A stretch of DNA of 45,126 nt from Guillardia theta CCMP2712 (lineage: Eukaryota; Protista; Cryptophyta): the NCBI RefSeq assembly GCF_000315625.1, contig NW_005434439.1:1-45126 (forward strand), in the 5' to 3' direction. Below, in pieces: positions 1 to 10,302 of this stretch. The notes below the pieces were generated by a model. The model was not told the DNA's origin. It worked only from the letters and a program-made list of their open reading frames with translations, and searched no databases. The position numbers and the translations under genes are program-made. Position 1 is the stretch's first letter; the number at the start of each line of letters is the position of its first letter.

Positions 1-189
1 GGCGATTTTGTACTGGGTTTCAACGGTAATTCTTAACGTCCCCTCGCTGGAGTCTATAAAGGAGACCGGCCAAGGCGCTGGCTCCAGAACCCCAAATCCC
101 CACGCCACACTTGCCACGCTTGCTGTGACCCACCACCCACCCCTCGAATTTACGGATACCCACCCACCCCCCCCCTACCTCTCCTTTTA

Positions 190-246
190 CGGACCTATTC
201 GATATGTCTTCCGCTGTCGTGCCAGAAGACATATCGAATAGGTCCG
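190..246. repeat. Perfect 22-bp inverted repeat with 13-nt loop
   Basis: cggacctattcgatatgtcttc (190-211) and its exact reverse complement gaagacatatcgaataggtccg (225-246). Confidence 0.95.
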
Positions 247-599
247 ATCAAATGCTCGTGATCCCTCGTCCAATCAAGATGAACACCTGTTCAGGTCACT
301 AAGCTACAGTTTTCTGGTTTAATCTCGGTGCTTTGCTGCTCAGCGAGCCACTAGTTGCATCATAGTTTGTAACTTGAGTTCCCTGATACCAAAAGAAATC
401 GTTGTTCGAATCAGGTTCAAAGAAATTGTGGTGTTTGATGTCATTTTGTGTTGAGTCTAGGATACCTGGTCTTGCCCAGTCTGATTCTCCGACAGGAAGG
501 GAAAGCCATCGGTCATCTATCCGGATCTTCCAGGCTTGAGAGGCGAGAGATGTTTGCAACAGTGGACATGAAAGCCTCCTTGAAATTACTTGAAGTGAA

Positions 600-1000
600 A
601 GTGGGACTGACACCGCCTGACCGGACGGTGCCGGGCGGCGGCGGCCCGGCCCGGCCCCACGGGCTCCAAACTGCCAGGCTTTCATGTCAAGTATTGCCCT
701 TAAGTTCAGTCTCTCACGGCCACACGGAGGCTGGGGCCGCGGGGCGTAGCCGGTCACCGGGTCCGGGTGCCGCAGGTGCCGGCGGCGCCCTGGGACCGTA
801 CCGCCCGCCGCCCGGCCGCGCGGCCCCCTGAGACTCAGAGTCGCAGCGCCGCCGCCTCACACCGGGCCGGCAGAGTCCGGCGACAGTCACAGCGGCTCAG
901 CCTTGAGAGTCCCGGCGACCGCCGCCGTCGGACGCCGGGCCGGTCAGGCCCGGCCCCCCCGGCAGGGCCCCCCGGGCCCGTCACTGCATCTCGTAACTTT
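600..1000. other. GC-rich intergenic island upstream of the collagen-like gene
   Basis: Very GC-rich CCGG/GAGTC/GTCAC word mosaic; ORFs lack coding character. Confidence 0.7.
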
Positions 1001-1043
1001 CACCTATTTTTAACCGCCATAACTGCCTGATCTATATCCGGCC

Positions 1044-2986
1044 ATGGCGACACAGCGAGTCGACGGTGTTGGGCTGACCGCCATGAGGTGCGACTATAAT
1101 TTCTGTGTTCCTCCTTTCCTCTTCTGTGCCTGTCCTCCGTTTTTTCTTTCCACCTTGATTCCTCTCTTTTGGCTTCTCCCTCGTCCGTTCCCTTTTGCAC
1201 TGTTCCTGACCGCAACTGTGCTATCGATCTCTGTGTTAAAGCTTTTCTGTTCCTTAGTTTTTATGCCAACCCTTTCACACAACATTATCCCTCTTCTTTG
1301 AGCTTGATATATGAGACACATGCCTGATTGTCTTCTATCTCCTCTCTTTCATACTTTCCCTACTCACTTCCTCTTTTCCATGCTTCACCTTTCCTGATTT
1401 TCGTTTCACTTGGATGAATGCCTGATCTATCTCGTTCCTTTCCAATTGCCTCCCTCTAAGCTGTTATCGCTCTTGCCACCTTCACTCGCTTTTTCTGGAA
1501 GACTCCCTTCTTCTCTGTCATTCCAGAGTTATATGTTTGATATCTTATCGGCTTTGGGGCAGCTTCCGGTCGAGTCAACCTGGAAGGGCTCGCAGGCTGG
1601 CCATAATCTTGTCTGTCGCTCTTGGTTTGGCAGTTTTCGCTGCTGTAGCCCTCAGGCATCATGAGAAATCTCCTTCCTCCTTGACTGACACCAACGCCTA
1701 TTCGTCGGAAGACGTATACGATGCTGACTGGGATCAGAAACAACTTCAACACAATCTAGTTAGGACGCAGAGGATGATGACAGCAGAAAACAAACACATG
1801 GACGGTGAAATCAAGCGATTAGACAATGACGTCGAAGATTTGATGAAGATGTTCGGTGCGGATTGACTTGTAGAGATGTCAGACTTATGACATGCTGTAC
1901 CAGCTGCAAGACCTGCGGGGCCTCCGGGTCCCCCAGGAGGTCAGGGGTCACCGGGGCTGGAGGGGAAGGCAGGGTGAGACTCCTGTCGCCTCGCTTCAGC
2001 ATGTGATGGGTTGGTGGTGGCAGAAATGAAGGTGTGGCTGGTCCGCCGGGGGATGCGGGCAAGGCAGGAGTGGACGGACATGCTGGTCATGATGGAAGGG
2101 ATGGACCTAACGGCGCGGTTGGGCTTCGGGGTGAGGATGGAAGACCCGGCCAGCAAGGGCAACTGGGAGACTTCGGCCCTCGAGGTGCACAAGGAGCACC
2201 TGGGCTCCCAGGCATGCAGGGACAGGTTGAGCCTCTTCATCTTGTACCCGCCACTGACCATAGGCTATGGGCTCTAGGCTGGTGTACCTGGAGCTCCTGG
2301 AATGGTTGGAATGCCGGGCATGCGAGGTCCTGTTGCAGGCATTCAAGCTGAGCATCATTACACCTCCTCCAACCAATACTGGAGTGAACCAGCAAAACTC
2401 GCCAGCCGGTCGAACAGTGTGAAGGCGTCTCATGCTCGCCTTGCTCTCCTCAAGAACCTGCTGGATACATCTGTGAGCATCTCTTCTTTGTGCCTCCATC
2501 GCTCACTGCCGGTACAGTCGGCTAGGAGCGGGTACAACCGGCTCAGGAGGATCCCCTGGGAGAAGAAGGGAAGTATCAGGATCGCACAGCTCCCTGCTGG
2601 ACATCGCAAGTACGAACTTGACATCACCGGGCCGCGAGGAGATCGGCTGAGAGCTACAATCAGGGTGAGAAAGTGGGCCTAGCATAGTGGTCGGGTGGTT
2701 GGAGTTGGGAAGGGATGAGACATGGCAGAAATGAGTAATGGTGCGGTCACGCAGGGTGAGGATGGTTTCGCTCGAAGTTGGAAGGGCAGGTCTTTTGTGG
2801 AGACAGGAGCAATGCGAGAAGCTCCGCGAGGTTCTCGACTTCACTTCCTCTTCCTCCCCCTCCTCCTTCCCAGTTGTCACAGTTCAACCCAAAGCTCTCT
2901 TCCTTGTGTCGCGCCGCTTCATGACGAGGCAGGTTTGCAGGATCGCACGATTTCTTGAAGGTTTCCGACGAAACTTCTGGAAATAG
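1044..2986 (+). CDS. Type II membrane collagen-like protein (TM anchor, coiled-coil neck, 35 Gly-X-Y triplets, unknown C-terminal domain); multi-exon, 3' end approximate
   Basis: Exon 1 MATQRVDGVGLTAM splices in phase to ...FRSSQPGRARRLAIILSVALGLAVFAAVAL (hydrophobic). A heptad-like stretch (QLQHNLVRTQRMMTAENKHMDGEIKRLDNDVEDLMKM) follows, then uninterrupted GPPGPPGGQ...GMRGPV across two phase-compatible GT-AG introns. Confidence 0.8.
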
Positions 2987-3114
2987 CAAATTTTTCCGGC
3001 TCAAGTGAATGTTTCTGTATGTTTCTGCTCTTTGCTTCTCTTCATCTACACTAAGGAAACCCTAGTAGCATCATCAACCTCCTCGTCTCAGGCCGTTGAA
3101 TCCAAATGTCTATT

Positions 3115-6100
3115 CTACGCATCCACGAAGCTCAGATTGTCCTCCACAGCCTTCTTCAACTTGTTCTGTTCCACATGTCAGTAATGGCATGGCCCACATC
3201 CTCCTCCTCCTCCTCCTTCGCCTCCTGCATTTCGTTGCTCGCGCCCTCCCATTTTTCGCACCTTCACTTGCTCAACCGGCATGGCCCCCAGATCTCCGGT
3301 GAAACGAGCGCGCATTGCCAGCTGATTCTCCTCCACCTGCATAGCAGCTGCCTCAGCCACCACCGCATTCGATCTTCTTCCACGGCGCCATTTCATCCCC
3401 TGTAATCTATCTTTCTAGTTGCCACAGCAACCAAGTGAATGCAATCAGCACTTACTCCTCCTATCTCTTCCTCACTGAATCCCTGCTTCCATCCTCTTTG
3501 CCAAACTTCGCTTCTTCATCTCGTCCCCTCCCTTCTCTCATCTCGTCGCCCTCAAAGCATCACGACACTGTACATTCATCCTCCCCTGTCACGTAAAGTT
3601 CTCACCTCCTTCTTTCCCACGACGGCTGTGAGCGGAACTTTCGCGATCTCTGCGTTTCTGATCTTCTTCTGCAGCCTTTCCGCGCTTGAGTCCACCTACA
3701 AACTTCCTCACCGTGGCGAAAGCAGAAGAGACGGCGAGGAGGAACGAGGGAGGACGGGCAAGTGCAGGAGGGGATAAGCAGGTGTAGAGGTTGTACCTCA
3801 ACGCGGAAGCCAGAGACCCGCATGTCCTCCGCAACCTTTGACGATAATCAGCATGCAAAAAGCAGGAGAGGAGGAAGGCAAGGAAATCGCAGAGAGGGTG
3901 GAGGTGGTGGACAAGGTTTAGGGGCTGACCTTCTCACAGAAGGGAACGACTTCGTCGTTGATTGGGAGAAGTCTAAGCTGCTCTGGAGCAAACCAGAGAG
4001 GAAACTCTCCCGCGTAGTTCTCCACAAGAATACCGAAGAATCGCTCGACAGAGCCGAAGATGGCGCGATGAATCATGATGGGCTGAACCAACAAGTGAGG
4101 AAAAGGGTTTAGGGTTTAGGGTTTGGTGTGGGCTGCAAAGAAGAACTGCGGTCCCATGCTAGACCATGGCGAAAAGGAGAGAAACGAGCAAGGCCAAAGA
4201 ATCATGAATGGCATGGAACGCAATGACGGAACGAAAGAATGGAAGGAGGAGAGTTAAGAGAAGAACAAGAAGAACGAGGAGGAGAAGGGGAGGAGGGGAA
4301 GGGGGAGGAGGAGGAGGTGGTGGTGGTGGTGGCGCTGGCATACCCTCTGGCTGGAGCCATCTGGAGCGACGTACTCCAGGTCGAATCTCTGAGGAAGGTT
4401 GAAGTCGCACTGGATTGTGCTGCATTGCCACTTTCTTCCAAGCGCGTCTCGGATCTTGAGGTCAATCTTGGGGCCGTAGAATGCTCCTCCACCCTCGTCC
4501 ACCGCGTAGCTCCATCCCTTCCTCTCCAACGCCTTGATGAGTGCGCTGGTCGCGAGATCCCAGATGTCATCAGAGCCGATGGACTTTTCGGGTCGAGTGC
4601 TCAGGTTGATCTCATAATTGGTGAAGCCAAACTTCGACAGCACACTCTCCGTGAGATCAAGAATCTTGAGGATCTCGTCCTCAACCTGCTCAGCTATCAG
4701 AACATGTAGGACCATTGCTCTCCTCTGCTTCTCCCTTCCCTTTCCGCCCTACCCCCCGTCCAGATTCACTTGCTCCTGTGCCTGCCTCATTCTCCTCTCA
4801 CCTGGTCGGGAAGGCAGAAGACGTGGGCATCATCCTGCGTGAAGCCTCGCACGCGGAATAGGCCGGAAAGGGTCCCAGATCGCTCGTACCGGTAGACGGT
4901 TCCCAGCTCCGCCCAGCGAATGGGCAGCTGTCGGTAGGAGCGCTTGGTGTTCTTGTACATGAGAACATGGAAGGGGCAGTTCATAGGCTTGATCTGGTAG
5001 ACCTCTTCCTCAACATCCATCTGGTCGAACATGCTCTCCGAGTAGAATTCGAAGTGACCCGACTGCTTCCACAGCTCCACGTTTGCAATGTGAGGGCTGT
5101 AAACAAGCTCGTAGCCGCTCCTCATGTGCAGATCCTTCCAAAAGCTCTCGATGATGTTCCTCATTCTCCCTCCCTTGGGATGCCAGAAGACAAGTCCTCC
5201 TCCTGCCTTCTCTTGGATGCTGAACAAATCCATCTCCTGCCCAAGCTTGCGGTGATCCCTGCGTTTGGCCTCTTCTATCATGTGCTGGTACGACTTGAGC
5301 TGATCTTCGTTCTCCCATGCAGTCCCGTAGATGCGCTGCAGCGAAGCCTTCGTCTCGTCTCCGCGCCAGTAAGCGCCCGACACTCTCTCCAGCTTGAGAG
5401 CCTTGCCACTGATATCTCCAGTCGTCTCCACGTGGGGTCCAGCACACAGGTCCCACCACTCCTCGCCGATGTGGTAGATGCTGATGTCCTCGCCCTCGGG
5501 GATGGCGTCGAGGAGCTCGAGCTTGTACGGCTCCTTCTGCGCTTCGATGCGCTTCCTTGCCTCCTCTCTCGACACAACTTCGCGCCAGATCGGGAGCTTC
5601 TTGTTGATGATCTTCTGCATCTCCTTTTGAATTGCCTTGAGGTCTTTCTCCTCAAAGCTCCCTCCCTGCAGATCAAAGTCGTAGAAGAACCCATTCTCGA
5701 TCCACGGGCCGATCGTCACCTGATCCAACGTCATCCCCGACCCTTGCACGTACTAAGACATTCACCTGCGCCTTGGGGAACAGACGTTGGACCGCCATGG
5801 CCATGATGTGAGCGGAGGAATGACGAATTTTGACAAGACCAGGTGATTCATCGTTGGTTGGAAGGGGAACAAACTCTGTCTCCTTGCTTTCTTCCTGCTT
5901 GGAGCTTGTTGCTACCATCCGAAGGTCCATGGACTGATGCGGGGATAGCCTGGGGATTCGTGCGGGCAGCTCATACCTCCTGGCAGCGAAGACGGAAGAG
6001 AGGTGGCTGTTGAGGGAGGTGCTGTGATGCCTGGCGCTCAAGCTTCTTCACAGAAGCACGTCAGAGCATCCTCAACCATGCAAAGAGTTGTACCGAGGAA

Positions 6101-6200
6101 CAAGCCTCAAGGAGGCTGAGAAAGACAAGACGGCTCGAGGATACGTCATAGAGATGGTTAACAAGACCAACGACTTGGACATCGATGATCTGCTGCACAT
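3115..6200 (-). CDS. thrS: Threonyl-tRNA synthetase, bacterial/organellar type, with bipartite plastid-targeting presequence
   Basis: Motifs [71 protein letters not shown] and the anticodon domain KKIRNAE. The N-terminus [27 protein letters not shown] is followed by an S/R-rich transit-like segment. Confidence 0.95.
4104..4124 (+). repeat. Interstitial (AGGGTTT)3 telomere-type repeat in a ThrRS intron
   Basis: agggtttagggtttagggttt. Confidence 0.7.
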
Positions 6201-6499
6201 CTCCCTGCAACAAAGCACAATAGTCAACCGCTTTCAAATTAAATCAAATCATTATAGTCAGGTGCTTCAAACACGCATGTCGCCACTGGCTCGACTGTTT
6301 AGACTAATCGATTGACGACCAAGCTCTGCATCTATTCATACTCACTTGCTTCTGTTTCTATTCACAAACTTCCTTCTTCTCATTGTTATCATGCATGTCG
6401 CTACCAGTAGTTGACCTGATCATTCTGTCCATGACCACGCTCAACTTCATCTTCCCCTTCTCCCTCCTCAAGTGTTCTGCACAAGCATTGTGAGGCCGG

Positions 6500-7550
6500 T
6501 TGACCCAAGGGCTCAAAAAAAATAATAACTTATATATTTAAGTGATTATTGGTACTGAGAAGCATTCCTTCTAACGATATTTGTACCCAAAGTACAAATA
6601 TTTGTATCTGTTTGTGCCTTGATTACAATACTTGTTTGCAGTAATACCCTTAAAAAGCGCAGGACCGGAAATTTGGGTTGGTTGTTGAGAGACTAAAATA
6701 TATACTTCATGATATTTTATTGTTGATTAGGTAGGTTTTCCTCAGGTTGTTTGTAGTAATTTATATTGTATTTCATTATTTTATGTAAAAGAGGAATGGG
6801 TCAACGCGACGGTGGCCGGCCTCCATACTTTCGGTGGGGAAAGTGTGGCGGCGCAGGCCCACCCGCCTCAGGTTCAAGCCCAATCAAAAAGCCGGCCAGG
6901 GCCTCTTCAATTTAAAATTTTGAGCAATAAAGTTTTAAATGAAGTCCCGAGTCCGGCGTTCAAGAGTTTCCGATCGGACGGACTGGCGGCAGCCGGGCGC
7001 CAGGCCCTGTGCCGCGGCCATCGAGTCAACTTGCCCCGGGCCCGGGACCGGCCGGCCTGGGCTGAGTGGGCCCCCCGGCCGATACGTCGCCGGGTTGTGG
7101 TTTGTACTTTTTCTTTTGGCAAGTTTGTCACTCATAAGGACTTTGTTTGTTTTGTTTTTGTTTTCAGCCCGGTCCCATTTGTGACCAGCCGCGCGGAAGC
7201 CCGGGCTGGCAGGCCTGTGACTGCTTGAATCTGAATCAACCGTTACTAAGTTACTAGGCTAAACTTCCCGCGCCCTCCCCGGTAGCGGCTGTCCGACACG
7301 GTCACGGTGGCCACCCGATGACCGCCCGCGGCCGCGGCCGCGCACTGGCGCAGTGCGGCGGCAGGCTGACCCCCGATGATCGGATGCCGGGCAGCGAACT
7401 TCGGAAGGTCAGGGAGGCCTTGCTGAGCTGACGAAAGATCCTGGACCGGCCGGATGCGTTTGCAAGTCCGATCGGATCACCTGACACGCCGCCCGAGGCT
7501 TCCGGACGGTGGCCCGCCAGCAGCGCCGGAGGAGGAGCCTGAGAGAGACA
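6500..7550. other. AT-rich plus GC-rich intergenic island between divergent genes
   Basis: AT block at 6510-6800, then GC mosaic blocks with the same vocabulary as the other islands. Confidence 0.7.
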
Positions 7551-7727
7551 TCCAGTGCATGACTCGATGATGTCTAGTCAAATGGTGTTATTTTATGACT
7601 TAGTCTGGCCATGTACGGGTCTCTCCGAGTCAAACACTCACGAGAAAAAGGAGGGTGGGTGGTATAGACTGCAGCTGTTAGTTGCGAATCTCACTGTCAT
7701 ACTGCAGGGCGACAGGATCGGACTCCC

Positions 7728-7850
7728 CGACTCGGGGATCATGCAGGAGGGAGGGAGGAGGAAGGAAGGACTCGGGGATCATGCAGGAGGGAGGAAGGAG
7801 GAAGGAAGGACTCGGGGATCATGCAGGAGGGAGGGAGGAGGAAGGAAGGA
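7728..7850 (+). repeat. 40-bp tandem repeat, ~3 copies
   Basis: Unit ggactcggggatcatgcaggagggagggaggaggaaggaa. Confidence 0.9.
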
Positions 7851-8049
7851 GCCTCGGAGGAGGCAGAGTAGAGTTTAGGCCGGGTGTGACGATGAGTGCG
7901 AAGCAAGGATGAATCAAAGAGCTCGAGAACTAAGAAGCAAGAACACGCGTGTGTCCCTTGCTCTTAACAGTAAGACCAGAAAGCGCTCTGATTGAACTAT
8001 CTACAGGCTGCACTTTAACATTTGACGTCTCGTGCTTTTTGAAAATCGA

Positions 8050-10232
8050 GGACGAGATGAACAGGTTATGCTCGAGTGCAGTACAGGACATCAATGATGT
8101 TGCGTGCCAGGCAAGGAAGAAAGAAGAAGAAAGATGGCAGGCCAGATTGGAGCCGGTTTCTTGGTTGGGACCTGTTTCGCTGAACGAGGACAGTCACTGA
8201 AAGTGCACAGATGATGACACAAAATTCCCGAATGTGGTCAAGCATGACACCAAAGGTTCAATACAAGGCCCAAAGATCCCTCGCCCCAACACATCCACCT
8301 TGTATTTGTATTTGTGTTTGTGTTTGTATTTGTGTTTGTGTTTGTGTTTGTGTTTGTGTTTGTGTTTGTGTTGTGCTGTTCACCTTCCTTCTCTACAAGC
8401 ACCTCATCAAGAATTATCGGTTGACTTCGCACTCCCTGCTTGCATCAGGAGAGCTTCGATGGAAGTCAGATTCACAACTTGCGGAGTCGATCTTCCGAGT
8501 AGCAGCGAGCTCAGGCTTCACCCCCCTCCTCGAGCTCGCGGCTCCAGCGACAGCAGCCCTTGCGGAGCTCTCCTCCAAAAGGTGCCTGAGCTCTTAGAGA
8601 GATATGAAGCCGTGGAGGAGAGAGAGAGGAAGAGGAAGGGAGAGCGAAGCAGAGCCTCCAAGCAAGGGCGGAGGGAGGAGGGAGGGGAGGGGGGGGGAGG
8701 GGAGGAGAGAGAGAGAGAGAGAGAGAGAGATATTCGAAAGGAGGCAGAAACCGATCAGTCATAACACTGTCAACAGCTTTCGAGGAGCTGTGGAAGAGAT
8801 GCTGAAGATAGCAAGGACAACGACGTCGCTATCTGCAAAGATTGACGCATGGGATGCTCTGATGCAGCTGACAAAGACGGAAAATGGCATGCGGTGAGAT
8901 ACAATTGAATCCATGAGGATTGGGAAGGGGATGGAAGGGAGGGGGCTGCTGATATAATTTCTCCAGTGAGTTTCTTCAATGCGGGGGAATGAAGGACGTC
9001 TATGATACGCCGGGGGGTGAGACGACGAGAGTAGGAAAGGAGTGAAAGAGGCAGAGGACGAGGCAAGACTGACAGAGTGCGTCCAGGACATCAGTCTTCC
9101 AACGACGTTACCCTTGTGGCATCGTTGCTGGCGGTGCAAGTGAGTGAATTGCAACTTTGTTGAGACGTCTTGTTCATTATCTGATGATGGTTGATTTAAT
9201 GCGATGAAAGTCACTTCAACCTTATTGTTAATCTTCTTCGCGTGTTAGGTGATGAAGCAGTCGGTGAAGACGAGAAGCAATTTTCGGGTGAAAGCTTCAG
9301 ACGTCGAAGGTCATTTGCTTTCTCGTCCTGCTGCCATCAAACTTGGTTCAGGTCTCTCACGCTTCTTTCCAAAGAAGACCAAAGCAAGCTACAACGCCGC
9401 TCACGCCATGCTCATAATTGCTCGTCGAACAGCAGAGGTGGACTGAATCATTGCCATGTTGCGATCCATCGATCATCACGTGCGAGATGAAAGTGATGTT
9501 GACAGCGGGTCCTTGATGCTGTGCTAGTGAGTCATGCTAGTGCTGATACCGTCTGAGAATCGACGATGACAAGCTTATGCGTTTAATTCTTACGAGCAGG
9601 AAGGGATCAAAATTGACGAGACGTGCATTGATAAGATCGTGGAGCCCTTCAACATGAAAGACGATGTGAGAGACTCTTGTGCGGTAGATGCTGGTGGTAT
9701 AGGTGAAGGATGCAGAGTTGACAATGATTGGGAAGAGAAAATGCAAAAGGAAGGGTTACTTGGAGAATGCGATGACAATAGAATCGACGAGTAGGAGGAG
9801 GATGGCAGGGATGATGAAACGATTGTGTTGGTGATGATGATGGTGGTGGGGGAGAAGGAGGAGGATGAGGAAGAGAAGAAAAGAGCAATCGACTTAGTGG
9901 ATCAAATTCAACTTCTCACGAGGCTATACAGAACAACAAGTTGAGGACGTCGATGGAGCACAAAGTTGTCTTGTTGCAGACACAGATGTCAGAAATGATC
10001 ACTCTTCGTTTCGTCCTGTTCGACTGGTTCAACTTTGTCTTCTTGTTTCATGAAAGCGATCATCCGCCTCGCGGCATCCCGTCGAGAACGATGGCGATTA
10101 AGGTGAGAGGACTTGGGCAGGATTGAGTGGAGGAAGATGGTATGATGATGGAGATGATGAGATGATGGTGGTGGTGGTGGTGGTGATGATGATGATGGAG
10201 ATGATGATGGAGATGATGGAGATGATGATGAC

Positions 10233-10302
<70 letters not shown>

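Noticed and set aside
448-1030. Pro/Arg/Gly-rich ORFs in GC islands (also 6812-7487, 24163-25057, 36677-37087)
   Set aside because: Stop-poor because of GC content; no recognisable motifs or splice structure.
4967-5806. 279-aa plus-strand ORF and similar long ORFs
   Set aside because: Antisense shadows of GC3-rich ThrRS, ATR and other coding exons.
6350-6490. Possible extra minus-strand exon upstream of ThrRS
   Set aside because: Short open frame with no homology or consistent junction to the ThrRS start; cannot be supported.
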